Positions 10,954-22,558 of a stretch of DNA of 64,000 bases are shown here, piece after piece (position 1 is the first letter of the stretch; every line of letters starts with the position of its first letter). The position numbers and the translations under genes were made by a program. The notes beneath the pieces were generated by a model, which did not search any database, was not told where the DNA came from, and saw only the letters and a program-made list of their open reading frames with translations. The DNA comes from an uncultured Microthrixaceae bacterium (GTDB lineage Bacteria > Actinomycetota > Acidimicrobiia > Acidimicrobiales > DATDAH01), in the NCBI GenBank assembly GCA_963701565.1, contig CAVPAN010000016.1:129272-193271 (forward strand), written 5' to 3'.

Positions 10954-12591
10954 ATGACCGCCCCACCCGACGGTTTGGCGGCCGCGAGGACGGCGCTGGA
11001 GCGCCAGGACTGGCAGGCGGCGTACGACGCGGCGCGAGTGGCGTCGATCGAGGCGGCCGACCTCGAGGCCACCCGCGCGGACCTGCTGGCCGAGGCCGCC
11101 TGGTGGCTCGGCCGCCTCGACGACTCCATCGAGGCCCGCGAGCTCGCCTACCGCAGCTTCGAGGCCCAGGGCGAGCCGCGACAGGCCGGCCAGTGCGCGG
11201 TGTGGTTGTACGAGTCCAACGCCATCGGTGGCCGCCCCGCCGTCGCCGGAGCATGGCTGCGTCGCGCCCGGCGTGCCCTCGAGGACGACCCCGACTGCGT
11301 CGAGTACGGGTCGCTGCTGCTCCGGGAGGCCGAGGCGGCGCACGGCGGCGGCGAACTCGAGCGGGCCTCGGAGCTCGCGACCGAGGCGGTCGCGCTGGCC
11401 CGCCGGCTCCGGTCACCGGACCTGGAGGCCGAGGCCCTCCAGACCAAGGGTCGGGTGCTCATCGACCAGGGTGAGGTGGCCGAGGGGATGGGTCACCTCG
11501 ACGAGGCCATGCTCTTCGCGATCGAGGGCCGCCTCGGGCCGTACTCGACCGGCAAGGTGTACTGCAGCCTCATCAGCGCCTGCGAGGAGCTCGGCGACCT
11601 CGACCGGGCCGCCGAATGGACGGCGGCGACGCTGGAATGGGCCGAGCAGCACCCGTTCGCCATATTTCCGGGGATCTGCCGGGTGCACCGGGCTGTCGTC
11701 CTGAAGCGGCGCGGATCTCTGGCCGAGGCCGAGCGTGAGGCCCTTCGCGCCGGCGAGGAGCTCATCGGGAGCCATGTCGCCAACAGTGGAGCGGCCTACG
11801 CGGAGGTCGGTGACATCCGGCGACGACTGGGCGATCTCGATCGCGCCGAGGAGGCCTTCGTCCAGGCTCGGGAGCTCTGTGGGCGACCGTGCGGTGAGCT
11901 GGCGCTCCTCCGCCTGGCGCAGGGCCGCACCGATGCCGCCATGGCGATCCTCACCTCGTGCCTGCGGGAGACCTCGCAACCGCTCGCCCGGGCCCGGCTG
12001 CTGCCGATCCACGTCCACGTCGCGGTGGCCAGCGGCGACCTGGACGGCGCCGCGGAGGCGCTCAGCGAGCTGGAGGAGATCGCGGCCGTCTACGACACGC
12101 CGATGTTGCACGCCAGCGCCTTTGCCGCCCGCGGCCGCCTTGCCCTGGCCGGCCAGGACATCACCACCGCCCGATCGGCGCTGGAACAGGCACGGGAGCG
12201 GTGGCAGGCCCTCGACGTGCCCTACGAGATCGCCACCACGCTCACCCTGCTCGGCCAGACGTTGCGCGTCGACGGGGACCAGGCCGGGGCGACCGCATCG
12301 TTCGAGGCGGCCGTCGAGCTGTTCGACCAGATCGGCGCCCACCTGGACGCACGGCTGGTGTTCGACGACGCCACCCTGAGCCTGCCCGCGGGGCTCACCG
12401 AACGCGAGGTCGAGGTGCTCCGTCTGGTCGCCCGTGGGCTGCGCAACAACGAGATCGCCGCCGAGCTGCACCTCAGCGCGAAGACGGTCTCGCGTCACCT
12501 GTCGAACATCTTCACCAAGATCGGCGTCACCTCCCGGGCGAGTGCCACCGCCTTCGCCTTCGAGCAGGAGCTCGTCGAGCAACGGCGGTAG
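10954..12591 (+). CDS. LuxR-family regulator with TPR-like region
   Basis: C-terminal GLTEREVEVLRLVARGLRNNEIAAELHLSAKTVSRHLSNIFTK. Confidence 0.92.
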   Translation: MTAPPDGLAAARTALERQDWQAAYDAARVASIEAADLEATRADLLAEAAWWLGRLDDSIEARELAYRSFEAQGEPRQAGQCAVWLYESNAIGGRPAVAGAWLRRARRALEDDPDCVEYGSLLLREAEAAHGGGELERASELATEAVALARRLRSPDLEAEALQTKGRVLIDQGEVAEGMGHLDEAMLFAIEGRLGPYSTGKVYCSLISACEELGDLDRAAEWTAATLEWAEQHPFAIFPGICRVHRAVVLKRRGSLAEAEREALRAGEELIGSHVANSGAAYAEVGDIRRRLGDLDRAEEAFVQARELCGRPCGELALLRLAQGRTDAAMAILTSCLRETSQPLARARLLPIHVHVAVASGDLDGAAEALSELEEIAAVYDTPMLHASAFAARGRLALAGQDITTARSALEQARERWQALDVPYEIATTLTLLGQTLRVDGDQAGATASFEAAVELFDQIGAHLDARLVFDDATLSLPAGLTEREVEVLRLVARGLRNNEIAAELHLSAKTVSRHLSNIFTKIGVTSRASATAFAFEQELVEQRR

Positions 12592-12609
12592 CGCCGGTCC
12601 GGGGTCGCC

Positions 12610-12981
12610 TCAGGGCGACGGCGCCAACTGGGCGGCGACGTGATCGAGGACCGGACGCAGGTCCTCGGGCGGGCTGAACTCCAGGAAGGTGACACCCTCC
12701 TCGGTCCACCCCGTGTGGCCGGCGGGCCAGTAGTAGGCGTCGCCGGCCCGGCTGACCTCCTCGGTGCCGTCGGCGTAACGCAGGCGGATGGAGCCGGCGA
12801 GGACGTAGCCCCAGTGCGGGCACTGACAGGCATCGCCGGGGAGCCCATGGAACAGCGGCCGGAAGTCGGCCCCTGGCGGCAGCGTGAGGTGGCGCACGAG
12901 CTGGCCGCCCCACTCCTCGCCCCGGGTCACGATGTCGCCGACCTCCAACTCGATGTCGATCTCGTTCTCGCTGGCCCGCAT
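12610..12981 (-). CDS. cupin domain protein
   Basis: CQCPHWGYV..G..YWPAGH..EFSP. Confidence 0.85.
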   Translation of the reverse strand: MRASENEIDIELEVGDIVTRGEEWGGQLVRHLTLPPGADFRPLFHGLPGDACQCPHWGYVLAGSIRLRYADGTEEVSRAGDAYYWPAGHTGWTEEGVTFLEFSPPEDLRPVLDHVAAQLAPSP

Positions 12982-13324
12982 GTCCTGGCTCCTCTCCGTC
13001 CCGGGCGATCCGGGACGTTGGCCCATGGTGCAACCCACCCCCTGTGGCCCGCATCGGCCGGGCGCCCCAATCTCAGGATCGGGGGTGCTGGTCCCGGTGG
13101 GGTGTTCGCCCCATCCCCTGCAACGGCGAAGGCGAGCGGAATGGGGCGAGCGACCGATGCCGAGATCGGCATTGCCGAGCGATGATCAGGCCATGGCCGA
13201 CCGGGACCGATCGCTCGCGGTCACCCGGTTGATCGAGGCGGGCCGTGACCGGGAGGCCGCCCGAGAAGGGGCTGCCCGGGCCGATGTCGCAACAGCGAAG
13301 CGCTCGACGGAGAATGGAGAACTC

Positions 13325-13878
13325 ATGGATCCCTTGAACCAGCTGGGCCTGCTCGGCCCCCTGCTCGCCGAGGTGGTCGGCGGCATCGACGCCGACCAGC
13401 TCGACGAGCCCACCCCGTGTGCCGACTTCACCGTCCGCGGCGTGCTCGAGCACATGATCGGCGGAGCCACGGCGTTCGCCGCCTCTTCCGCGGGCAGGAG
13501 GCCGCCGCCCCCGAGCTCGACGATCCGCTCGCCCGCTTCGGCCCGGCGCTCACCGACCTGGCCGACGCGATCAGCGCGCCGGGCGCCCTCGACCGCACGG
13601 TGGCGGCACCGTTCGGTGAGGTCCCGGGTGAGACCTTCGCCCGCTTCGTCGTCCTGGACGGGCTCGTCCACGGCTGGGACCTGGCCACGGCCAGCGGCCA
13701 GCCCTACGACCCGCCGGCCGAGCTGGTCGACGCCGTCGACGGCTTCGCCCACCAGGCCCTCGACCCTCTGCGCGACGGCGGGACCTTCGCCGATGCCGTC
13801 GACTCGGCGCCCGGCGCGACCCCCATCGAACGGCTGGTCGCCTACACCGGCAGGCGCCCGGCCGGCGCCGCCACCTGA
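13325..13878 (+). CDS. TIGR03086 family DinB/MDMPI metal-binding protein (frameshift ~13485)
   Basis: PTPCADFTVRGVLEH, VHGWDLA, RLVAYTGR. Confidence 0.85.
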
Positions 13879-13899
13879 ACGGGGCCGCCACCAGTCGGA

Positions 13900-15691
13900 T
13901 CAGGACCGGAGGGTGCGGCCCCGGTCGGACTTCACGGCCTTGGCGAACTGAGCTGCGGGTACCGCCTTGCTGACGAGGTAGCCCTGGATCGCGTCGCAAC
14001 CGTAGGCCCGGAGGTGCTCGATGGGTTCCACGGTCTCGATGCCCTCGGCGACGACCTCGAGGCGCATGGCGCGAGCGAGGTGACAGATCCCCTCGACCAC
14101 GGATCGGCCCTGCTGGTGGCTCATCTCAGCGATGAACATCCGGTCGATCTTCACCTCGTCGACAGGAAAGCGCCCCAGGTAGGCGAGCGACGAGTACCCG
14201 GTACCGAAGTCGTCTACCGACAGCCCGCGCGCCGGTCGAGCGCAGCTGCGAGAACGTCTGCGTGACGACCCGATCGTCGCCCACCAGGGAGCTCTCGGTC
14301 ACCTCGAGCACGAGCATCGTCGGATCGAACCCTGTCGTCACCAACACCTCCTCGACGCGGGCCGGGAAGCCCGGGTCGAGGATCTGCACCGGTGACACGT
14401 TGACCGACACCGAGATCGGTTCGCCGTTGCGCGCCAGGCGCTGGAACGCCACACCGTCCTGGCAGGCCTGCTGCAGCGCCCAGGAGCCCAGTTGCCGGAC
14501 GAGCCCCGTCTCCTCGGCGACCGCCACAAACGCACCGGGGAAGACCAGGCCGTGCTCGGGGTGCCGCCAGCGCATGAGCGCCTCGGCGCCGACGATCCGC
14601 CCGGTGCGCAGCGACACCTTGGGCTGGTAGTGGAGCTCGAACTGTTCCGCCTCCAGCGCTCGACGGAGATCGCCCTCGGTGTCGAAGCGACGGATGGCCC
14701 GGATCCCCATGATGGGGTCGAAGGCCATGACCCGGTCCCCGCCGGCGGCCTTTGCCTGGTACATGGCGGTGTCGGCATCCCGTAGGAGGTCGGCCGCCTC
14801 GACGCCCTCCTCGTCGGCGTAGACCAATCCGATGCTGGCCGTCAGGAAGTGGTTGCGCTCGCCGACCACCATCGGGAGACGCAGGCCCTCCAGGAGGCGC
14901 TGGGCGATGACCATGACCTCGTGCTCGTGGTCCACACCCTCCACGAGGACGACGAACTCGTCGCCCCCGAAGCGGGCGACGCGACCGTCGGACCCCACGG
15001 CGCTACGGAGACGACGGCCGACCTCGGTCAGCACCCGGTCGCCGATCTCGTGGCCGAGGCTGTCGTTGATGATCTTGAGCCGGTCGAGGTCCAGCAGCAT
15101 CAGGGCGGCCGCACCCTCCTCCCGACCGGCCAGGGACTGCAGCCAGTTCATCAGCTCCCAGCGATTGGGCAGCCCGGTCAGCTGATCGAGGCCGAGCCGA
15201 TCGTCGCGCGGCGTCGACGGGTCGGGGCGGCCGACGGGGCGGACGGTGACCAGCACCTCCTCGTCGGCGGGGGCGGTGACCAGCGCCTCGACCACCAGCG
15301 CCACCGGCATCGGACGGCCGGCCCGGGTGGTCAGGGTGACGTCGAGGCAGCGCACGCCAGGCTGCCTGAGCGCCTGCGTCACGGCGACGTGCAGTGCGTC
15401 GAGATCGACGACGGCCACGGCGTCCTGGAGACGGCTGACCCGGCCCACGTACGTCGCCAGCTGGGGGCTCATCCAGCGCACGGTGAGATCACGACCGATC
15501 ATCACGACACCGTGGGCGAAGCCGGCGGCCGGCGCCGCGACGGTCCCGGACGCGGCGGGGTGATCGGACCCGTGTCGCGTTGAGATCATCTCTGTCGTCA
15601 CGATGTGACGGTCCTCGCTCGATGCCGGCCGCCCCCCATCGGCACCGGCCGATGCGGGCGTGAGGTCGTCCCCATGGGTCGAACGACTCAT
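13900..15691 (-). CDS. PAS-like/GGDEF/EAL diguanylate cyclase-phosphodiesterase (frameshift ~14230)
   Basis: DQLTGLPNR, RFGGDEF, YQP, EALMRW, EVTES, KIDRMF, VAEGIE, QGYL. Confidence 0.92.
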
Positions 15692-15763
15692 TTTCGGGCC
15701 CCTGGAGGCCCCGCGGACAAGGGAACACTCCGGCGGAAGGCCGGGCCTGCCGAGGGATGACCC

Positions 15764-18700
15764 ATGGGTCTGCTCGTGGAGGGCACGCGCACCGATGAGG
15801 TTGCGCAGTGGGGTGCCCGGCCGCGCGCCGCCTTCGTCGCCAAGGCGCTGGCCGTGCTCACCCCCGTCGTCGCCTCTGTCATGGCGACGATCGCGGTCAC
15901 CCGGATCGTCCCCCGTCCGACCAGTGTCATCGCGCTGGTGGCCTGGTGGGTGGGTCTCACGGCGATGGCGACCCTCGTCGCCGTCCTCGTCGAGCGGGTG
16001 GCCCGGCGTCTCCTGCCTCTCGCCTCCCTCCTGAGGCTCTCCGCCGCCTTCCCCGACGAGGCGCCCTCCCGCTTCGCCGTTGTCCTCCGGACCCACTCAG
16101 CGACCCGGCTCGAGGAGACACTGGATCATGCCCGACTGAGCGGTGAGCAGGTCGCCGAAGCCCCCGCGGCCGAGTACCTGCTCGAGTTGCTCGTCCGCCT
16201 GAACACCCACGACCGGTGGACCCGCGGCCACGCCGATCGGGTCAGCGCGTACGCCGAGTTGATCGCCGTGGAGCTCGGGCTACCCGAGCCCGTGCGCGAA
16301 CAGCTGCGCTGGTCGGCGCTGCTCCACGACATCGGCAAGCTCGACCTGCCCGCCGGGCTCCTGAACCTCGCCCGGCGACCCACCGCGATCGAGCGGCGCG
16401 CGCTCGAACGGCACGTCACGGAGGGTGAAGCGCTGACCCGGTCGATGGCCGGGTGGCTGGGCGATTCGCTGCGCGCGGTCGGCGAGCACCACGAACGGTG
16501 GGACGGCGACGGGTATCCGCGGCAGTTGGCGGGGGAACAGATCTCCCTGGCCGCGCGCATCGTTGCCGTGGCCGACGCCTTCGACGCGATGACGGGGGCG
16601 AAGACCTATCAGGAGCGTGTCTCTGCGGTCGAGGCGCGATCCGAGCTCACCCGCGGCGCAGGTGCACAGTTCGACCCGAACGTGGTGCGCGCCTTCCTCA
16701 ACGTCTCGCTCGGGCGGCTGCGCCTCGTGATGGGGCCCCTCACCTGGGTGTCGAACGTCCCCGTCCTGTCGAACCTCCCCGTGGCCGCCGGCCTCAGCGC
16801 AGTCGCGTCGACCGTCGCGGTCACCGGCCTCATCGTCGGCTCGCAGGCGGCGGTGACCGCGGAGACCCCGACCGACGACGTCGTCGAGTTCGTCGCGGCC
16901 GACGACGACTCTCCGGCGACGACGATTCCCCGGACCTCCCCGACCACCGTCCTCCAGGGTGACGAGCAACCCTCCGACGACGACCCGCCGCCCGACGACG
17001 ACCGGCCGGTGGTCGACCCGCCCCTCGACGACCAACCCCCGCCCGACCACCCGGCCCCCGACGACCAACCTCCCCCTGCCCCGCCTCCGCCGCCGGTTGC
17101 CCCGGATCTCACCTTCTCGATCACCGAGGACAGCTCGCTGACCGCCACCCTGGCGCCGGACACCGAGGTCGCCGACGTCGACGACCCGGCCCACGGCACC
17201 GTCACCCGCCTGTCGGGCAACCGGTTCAGCTACCAGCCACCGAACGACTGGAACGGCACCGTGCGCTTCGGTTACCGCCGCTGCGACCACGGCTGCTCGA
17301 CCGCGCTGATCACCGTGAGGGTCCTGGCCGTGAACGACGAGCCGGTGCTGCGTTCAGCCCCGGATCAGGCCATCCTGGAGGACGCCGGCCCCCAGACGGT
17401 GGACGGATGGGTCAGCGTCGACCCCGGCCCGGCCGACGAGTCAGCCCAGCAGAGCACGATCGACACCACGACCGACGATCCCGCCCTCTTCGTCGTCGGC
17501 CCGACCGTCCGCCCCGACGGCACCCTCACCTACACCCCCGCCCCCGACGCCAACGGGACCGCAACCCTCCACCTCACCGCAACCGACGACGGCGGCACCG
17601 CCCGCGGCGGTGACGACACCAGCCGTACCCGGTCTGCGACGATCACGATCCAAGCCGTCAACGACGCCCCCGTGGCCGTCGACGATCCCGTCGAGATCGA
17701 CGAGGACGCCGTCGGCGTCACCATCGACGTCCTGGCCAATGACACCGACATCGACGGCGACCCGCTCGTCCTCTGGGCCTACGACGAGGACATGCTGGAG
17801 GCCGGCACCCTGTCCGCGAGTGGGTCTTCGCTCACCTACGCGCCGGACCCCGACATCAACGGCACCGAGACCTTTTACTACTGGATCACCGACGGCTCCG
17901 GCGCCTTCGACCGCGCCACGGTCACGATCAGCATCCGCCCGATGCCGGACGCGCCCGTCGCCAATGCCGACGGCTACACCACCCCGGAGGCGACGGCGCT
18001 CACGGTTCCCGGCCCGGGGCTCCTCGGCAACGACAGCGACGCCGACGGCGACGACCTCACGGTGGATCCGACGCCGGTCATCCCACCGACCCACGGCGCC
18101 CTCGCCGTCCAGCCGGACGGCGGGTTCACCTACAGCCCCGAGGCTGGGTTCGCCGGGGAAGACACCTTCGCCTACCGGGTCGACGACGGCACCGGCCGGT
18201 CCGCCATCGCCACCGTCTCGATCACCGTCGAAGATGACCTGACCGAGCGGGGCTGGTACCTCGGTGGCACCGGAGCAGGCCCCGACGACTGGTTCCTTCT
18301 CGACGATCCCCTGCCTCCGTCGGATCCCGCCGCCGACTACGACGGTGACGGGGATCCGGGCCTCACGATCAAGAAGCGCGAGGGCGACCTCGACGACGAG
18401 GTCGACGACGACGGTCGACGCTTCCAGCACTGGCAGCTGACACCGGGCACACCGCTCGTGGTCTCCGGCCCGGTGCGCTTGGAGCTCTGGGCCGCCCTCC
18501 GGGACTTCAGGGACGAGAGCCACCCCATAACCGCCTCTGTCTGGCTCCACGACTGCCGCGACGACGGCACCGACTGCCGACGGTTGCTGCGTGCCGACAT
18601 CGCCGTCGAGGACTGGGATCGGGGCACCGATGACTTCGTGCGCCACGATCTCGACCTGGGCCCGCTGTCGACGACCATTGCGTCCGGTCGGATGCTGCGG

Positions 18701-18784
18701 ATGCGGCTCATGTTCGACCACCAGGACATGTGGGTGGCCTTGACCGACGCCCAGCGGAGCCGGCTCGTGCTCACCCTGGGCTGA
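15764..18784 (+). CDS. membrane HD-GYP phosphodiesterase fused to extracellular cadherin/Ig-like repeats
   Basis: N-terminal TMs, HDIGK..HHERWDGDGYP..ADAFDAMT, hydrophobic segment, Pro-rich linker, then VNDEP, VNDAPVAVDD, DAPVANADGY repeats. Confidence 0.9.
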   Translation: MGLLVEGTRTDEVAQWGARPRAAFVAKALAVLTPVVASVMATIAVTRIVPRPTSVIALVAWWVGLTAMATLVAVLVERVARRLLPLASLLRLSAAFPDEAPSRFAVVLRTHSATRLEETLDHARLSGEQVAEAPAAEYLLELLVRLNTHDRWTRGHADRVSAYAELIAVELGLPEPVREQLRWSALLHDIGKLDLPAGLLNLARRPTAIERRALERHVTEGEALTRSMAGWLGDSLRAVGEHHERWDGDGYPRQLAGEQISLAARIVAVADAFDAMTGAKTYQERVSAVEARSELTRGAGAQFDPNVVRAFLNVSLGRLRLVMGPLTWVSNVPVLSNLPVAAGLSAVASTVAVTGLIVGSQAAVTAETPTDDVVEFVAADDDSPATTIPRTSPTTVLQGDEQPSDDDPPPDDDRPVVDPPLDDQPPPDHPAPDDQPPPAPPPPPVAPDLTFSITEDSSLTATLAPDTEVADVDDPAHGTVTRLSGNRFSYQPPNDWNGTVRFGYRRCDHGCSTALITVRVLAVNDEPVLRSAPDQAILEDAGPQTVDGWVSVDPGPADESAQQSTIDTTTDDPALFVVGPTVRPDGTLTYTPAPDANGTATLHLTATDDGGTARGGDDTSRTRSATITIQAVNDAPVAVDDPVEIDEDAVGVTIDVLANDTDIDGDPLVLWAYDEDMLEAGTLSASGSSLTYAPDPDINGTETFYYWITDGSGAFDRATVTISIRPMPDAPVANADGYTTPEATALTVPGPGLLGNDSDADGDDLTVDPTPVIPPTHGALAVQPDGGFTYSPEAGFAGEDTFAYRVDDGTGRSAIATVSITVEDDLTERGWYLGGTGAGPDDWFLLDDPLPPSDPAADYDGDGDPGLTIKKREGDLDDEVDDDGRRFQHWQLTPGTPLVVSGPVRLELWAALRDFRDESHPITASVWLHDCRDDGTDCRRLLRADIAVEDWDRGTDDFVRHDLDLGPLSTTIASGRMLRMRLMFDHQDMWVALTDAQRSRLVLTLG

Positions 18785-18805
18785 TCCGGTCCCGGTGGCG
18801 GCCGG

Positions 18806-20197
18806 TCAGGGGGACAGCGGTAGGCGGACGTGGGCCGTCGTGCCCGCGGGACTCGAGTCGAAGGCGATCTCGCCCGCGTGACGCTCCACGATGATGCGCC
18901 GGGAGATGTCGAGGCCGAGACCGGTGCCCTTGCCCACGTCCTTGGTCGTGAAGAACGGCTCGAAGGCCCGGGCCGCCACCGCCGGGAGCATGCCGTGGCC
19001 GGTGTCGGTGATGTCGACGACGAGATCGCCGCCCTCGCGCCGGGTCGCCACGCGTAGCGAACCCCTCCCGTCCATGGCGTCGACGGCGTTGTCGATCAGG
19101 TTGGTCCAGACCTGGTTCAGCTCGCCGGAGTAGGCGTCGATCTCGGGGACGTCGGGGGCGAACGACCGCTCCACGGCGACCTCTTTCAGCTTCGGCGCCA
19201 GCATCACCAGGGTGGCCTCGAGGCCGTCGCGCACATCCACCCGCTGGCGAGAGGTCCGGTCCATCTGGGAGTAGGACTTCACCGCCTCGACCAACTGAGA
19301 GATCCGGGTGGTCGTGTCGTGCATCTCGGCCAGCAGCGCGTTGGCGCTCAAGGTGCTCGTCGTCCACGCCAGCGCCGCGCCGAGAGCATCGTTGCCGACC
19401 GCCTGTTCGACGCGTTCACACCAGGTCCGGTCCACCCCGGCCGCGGCCAGGACCGGAGCCAGCTGCCACGCCCGCTCGACGCCCCGCAGGGCCAGCCAGT
19501 CGCCGATGGCCTCCTCGCGGTCGGCGTGGGCCAACGGACCGCTGTGGGGCGGTTCGGCGTCCACGGCCTCTCCCCGAAGGGCGTCCAGGGCGATGAACTG
19601 CTCCGCGGTGATGGTGAGCTCGCCCAATGTGGTCAGCGAGGAGAGCATCATGTCGCAGGTGGCCCGCAGTTCCTCGACGGCGCGCAGGGAGGCCGCCGCC
19701 GGGTTGTTGATCTCGTGCGCCAGCCCGGCCGCCAGGGTGCCCAGCGCGACCAGGGACTCCCGCTGGCGGGCCATGGCCTCGATCCCACGGACGGTCTGGT
19801 AGATGCCGACGATCATGTGCCGGCCGAACGGGAACCACTCACCGACGAGGCGACCGAGGTCCTCGGACGGGACCCGCAGGCCGCGGCCGGGCCCCATGGC
19901 CCGCCCAGTGGCCCGGTAGCCGGCACTGGAGTCGTCACCGCCCCAGGCCCGCAGACCCCCCGCCCACTGACCCGGGGTCGACATGGTCGCCAGGACGATG
20001 GTCTCGGTCGCGCTCTGGCGGGAGAGCTCGATCGCCCCGTCGAGCACCATCCACAGATGGTCGGAGGGCTCGCCCTCGACGAACAGGACCTGGCCGGGTT
20101 CGAAGGAGACCTCCTCGGCCACCTCGAGCAGCTGGGCCCGTTCGCTCTCGCTCAGTCCGCTGGTGAGAAAGGCCTCGCGCAGCTCGTCGGCCAGCAT
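18806..20197 (-). CDS. cNMP-binding domain sensor histidine kinase
   Basis: LFVEGEP cNMP domain, AHEINNP H-box, NQVWTNLIDNA, FFTTKDVGKGTGLGL. Confidence 0.92.
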   Translation of the reverse strand: MLADELREAFLTSGLSESERAQLLEVAEEVSFEPGQVLFVEGEPSDHLWMVLDGAIELSRQSATETIVLATMSTPGQWAGGLRAWGGDDSSAGYRATGRAMGPGRGLRVPSEDLGRLVGEWFPFGRHMIVGIYQTVRGIEAMARQRESLVALGTLAAGLAHEINNPAAASLRAVEELRATCDMMLSSLTTLGELTITAEQFIALDALRGEAVDAEPPHSGPLAHADREEAIGDWLALRGVERAWQLAPVLAAAGVDRTWCERVEQAVGNDALGAALAWTTSTLSANALLAEMHDTTTRISQLVEAVKSYSQMDRTSRQRVDVRDGLEATLVMLAPKLKEVAVERSFAPDVPEIDAYSGELNQVWTNLIDNAVDAMDGRGSLRVATRREGGDLVVDITDTGHGMLPAVAARAFEPFFTTKDVGKGTGLGLDISRRIIVERHAGEIAFDSSPAGTTAHVRLPLSP

Positions 20198-21862
20198 CAG
20201 ATCGACTCGAGGTGCAGGTGCACGAGGTGCACTGCGCTGGCGCCCTCACCGACGGCGGAGGCCACCCGCTTCATCGACCCGAGACGGATGTCTCCGGCGG
20301 CGAACACACCCGGGAGGCTGGTCTCCAGCAGGCCCGGCGGGCGCGGGAGCGGCCACCCCCCGACCTGCGGGTCGAGCGCGGCCACGTGGGCCCCGTGAGG
20401 ATGAAGCCGTTGGCGTCACGGGCGACGGTCGCCGGGAGCCAGTCGGTGTGCGGTGATGCGCCGATGAAGACGAACAGCCAGCTCGCGGTGACCTGCTCCT
20501 CTGCGCCCGTCGCCCGATCGCGCAGCGTCAGGGTCTCGAGGTGGTCGGAGCCGGCGCCACCGACCACCTCGGTCTCCAACCGGACCTCGACGTTCTCGGC
20601 GTCGTGGATGCGAGTGACGAGATACTGCGACATCGCCTTCTCCAGCCGGTCCCCGCGCACCACGAGCACCACCCGCTTCGCGAACCGGGCCAGGTGCAGG
20701 GCCGCCTGGCCGGCGGAGTTGGCCGCGCCGACCACATACGACGTCGTCGCCTTCGGTGGCTCGGGCCTCGCTGGCCGAGGCGCCGTAGATAGACACCTCG
20801 ACCGGACAGCTCGGCCAGCCCCGGAGCGTCGAGCAGCCGGTACGACACGCCGGTGGCCACGATGACGGCCCGGGTCTCGATCTCGGTGCCGTCCTCGAGG
20901 CACACAGCGTGGATGCAGCCTCGTGTCTCGATGGCGGTCACGTCACGGGCGAGGACCATCTCGGCCCCTAGTCGCCGGGCCTGGGTGACGGCCCGATGGG
21001 AGAGGTCGGCACCGCTCAGGCCCGACGGGAAGCCGAGGTAGTTCTCGATGCGTGAGCTCTGCCCCGCCTGACCGCCAGGGGCGGCCCGCTCGACCACTGC
21101 GGTGCTCAGCCCCTCGGATGCGCCGTAGACGGCGGCCGCCAGGCCGGCCGGCCCGGCACCGACGATGACCAGGTCGTAGAGCGTGGACTCGGCCCGTGTC
21201 TGCAGCCCGAGGGCGTCGGCCACCTCCAGCAGCGAAGGGTGGCGCAGGGTGGCCCCGTCCGGGAGGAGGACGAGCGGGAGGTCCTCGGCGGTCGCGTCGA
21301 CCCGCGTCAGGAGACGCTCGGCCTCGGGGTCCCGCTCGATCTCCAGCCACTGGTAGGGCACGTGGTTGCGGGCGAGGAAGAGGCGGGTGTCGTGGCTCTG
21401 TTCCGACCAGCGGTGCCCCACGACCCGGACCCCCGCGTACCGGGCGGCATTGGCCCGTTCCCAGTCGGCCAGCAGGTCGTCGACGACGGGGTACAGACGC
21501 TCCTCGGGCGGGGCCCACGGCTTCATCAGGTAGTGGTCGAGGCCGATGTCGTTGATCGCGGTGATGGCGGCATCGGTGTCCGCGTACGCCGTGAGCAGCA
21601 CCAGCTTGGCCTCGGGGGCGAGCGCCCTCGACTGCCCGAGGAACTCGATGCCGGTCATCTCCGGCATGCGGTGGTCGGACACGATCAGCGCCACGGGCTG
21701 GTCGCGTCGGGCCAGCTCGTCGAGCACGCCGAGGGCCTCGGGCCCCGAGTGGGCCCGCACGATCTGGTAGTCGCCGGCGTAGCGCTCCCGGAGGTCCCGC
21801 GTGACGGCCTGGGACACTGCGGGATCGTCGTCGACGGTGAGAATGATCGCTCTGGACATCAA
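20197..21862 (-). CDS. response-regulator receiver fused to thioredoxin-reductase-like FAD oxidoreductase (frameshifted)
   Basis: VDDD..SDHRMP receiver, GAGPAG, SSRIENYLGFP, GAANSAGQAA, ETSLPGVFAAGD..KRVASAVGEG. Confidence 0.9.
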
Positions 21863-21964
21863 CGTTCCTCAGGCGGTGGACAGGTCCCGGAACCTACCGG
21901 AGGACCGATCGCCTAGGGACGGGGCATCGGTGCGGCTCGTGCCGAGGTGACGGAGACCCCGGTG

Positions 21965-22413
21965 TCAGTCCGACGCCGGCCGACACCGGATCAGCGCCGC
22001 GTTCTCGAACGAGAACACCACCTCTCCGCGCTGGTTCAGCAGATCGCACTGGTTGCTGACGATGCCCACCCTGGTCGGGACCCGGACATCCTGCTCTCGA
22101 GGATCGTCGACCGATGGATCAGCCTGTCCCCCGGCCGGACCGGCGCGTGGTTGTCAATGGACCGGAACCCCAAGGAGCTGATCGCGGCGACCGGGATGTC
22201 CTTGACGGAGCTGAGCGAGATGGCGATCGCGAACAGATGGGCCGACGAGGCGACCAACCCGCCGAACGGCGACTCGGCCGCCGCCACGGGGTCGACGTGG
22301 ACCGGCTGCGGGTCCCACCGCTCGCCGAACTCCCGGATCTCCTCCTCGGTGACCAGATACGTCGCCTCGAATTCGATGACCTCGCCCCGGTTGAAGTCCT
22401 CGAAGTACTTCAC
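21965..22413 (-). CDS. MaoC-like dehydratase (frameshifted)
   Basis: YFEDF..DPQPVHVD..FGGLVAS..PVRPGD; C-terminal NQRGEVV in another frame. Confidence 0.85.
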
Positions 22414-22558
22414 GCCCGCCCCCCTCGGCCGGACATCAGGATGTCAGCCCGCACCGCGACACGCTCGCCGAAACGGGCCATGTCGTGTTCCGGTCAGCGT
22501 CGAGACCCTCGACGGGGACCATCCGCAGGTCGCGCTCCACCGACTGGCCCGGAGGCTG

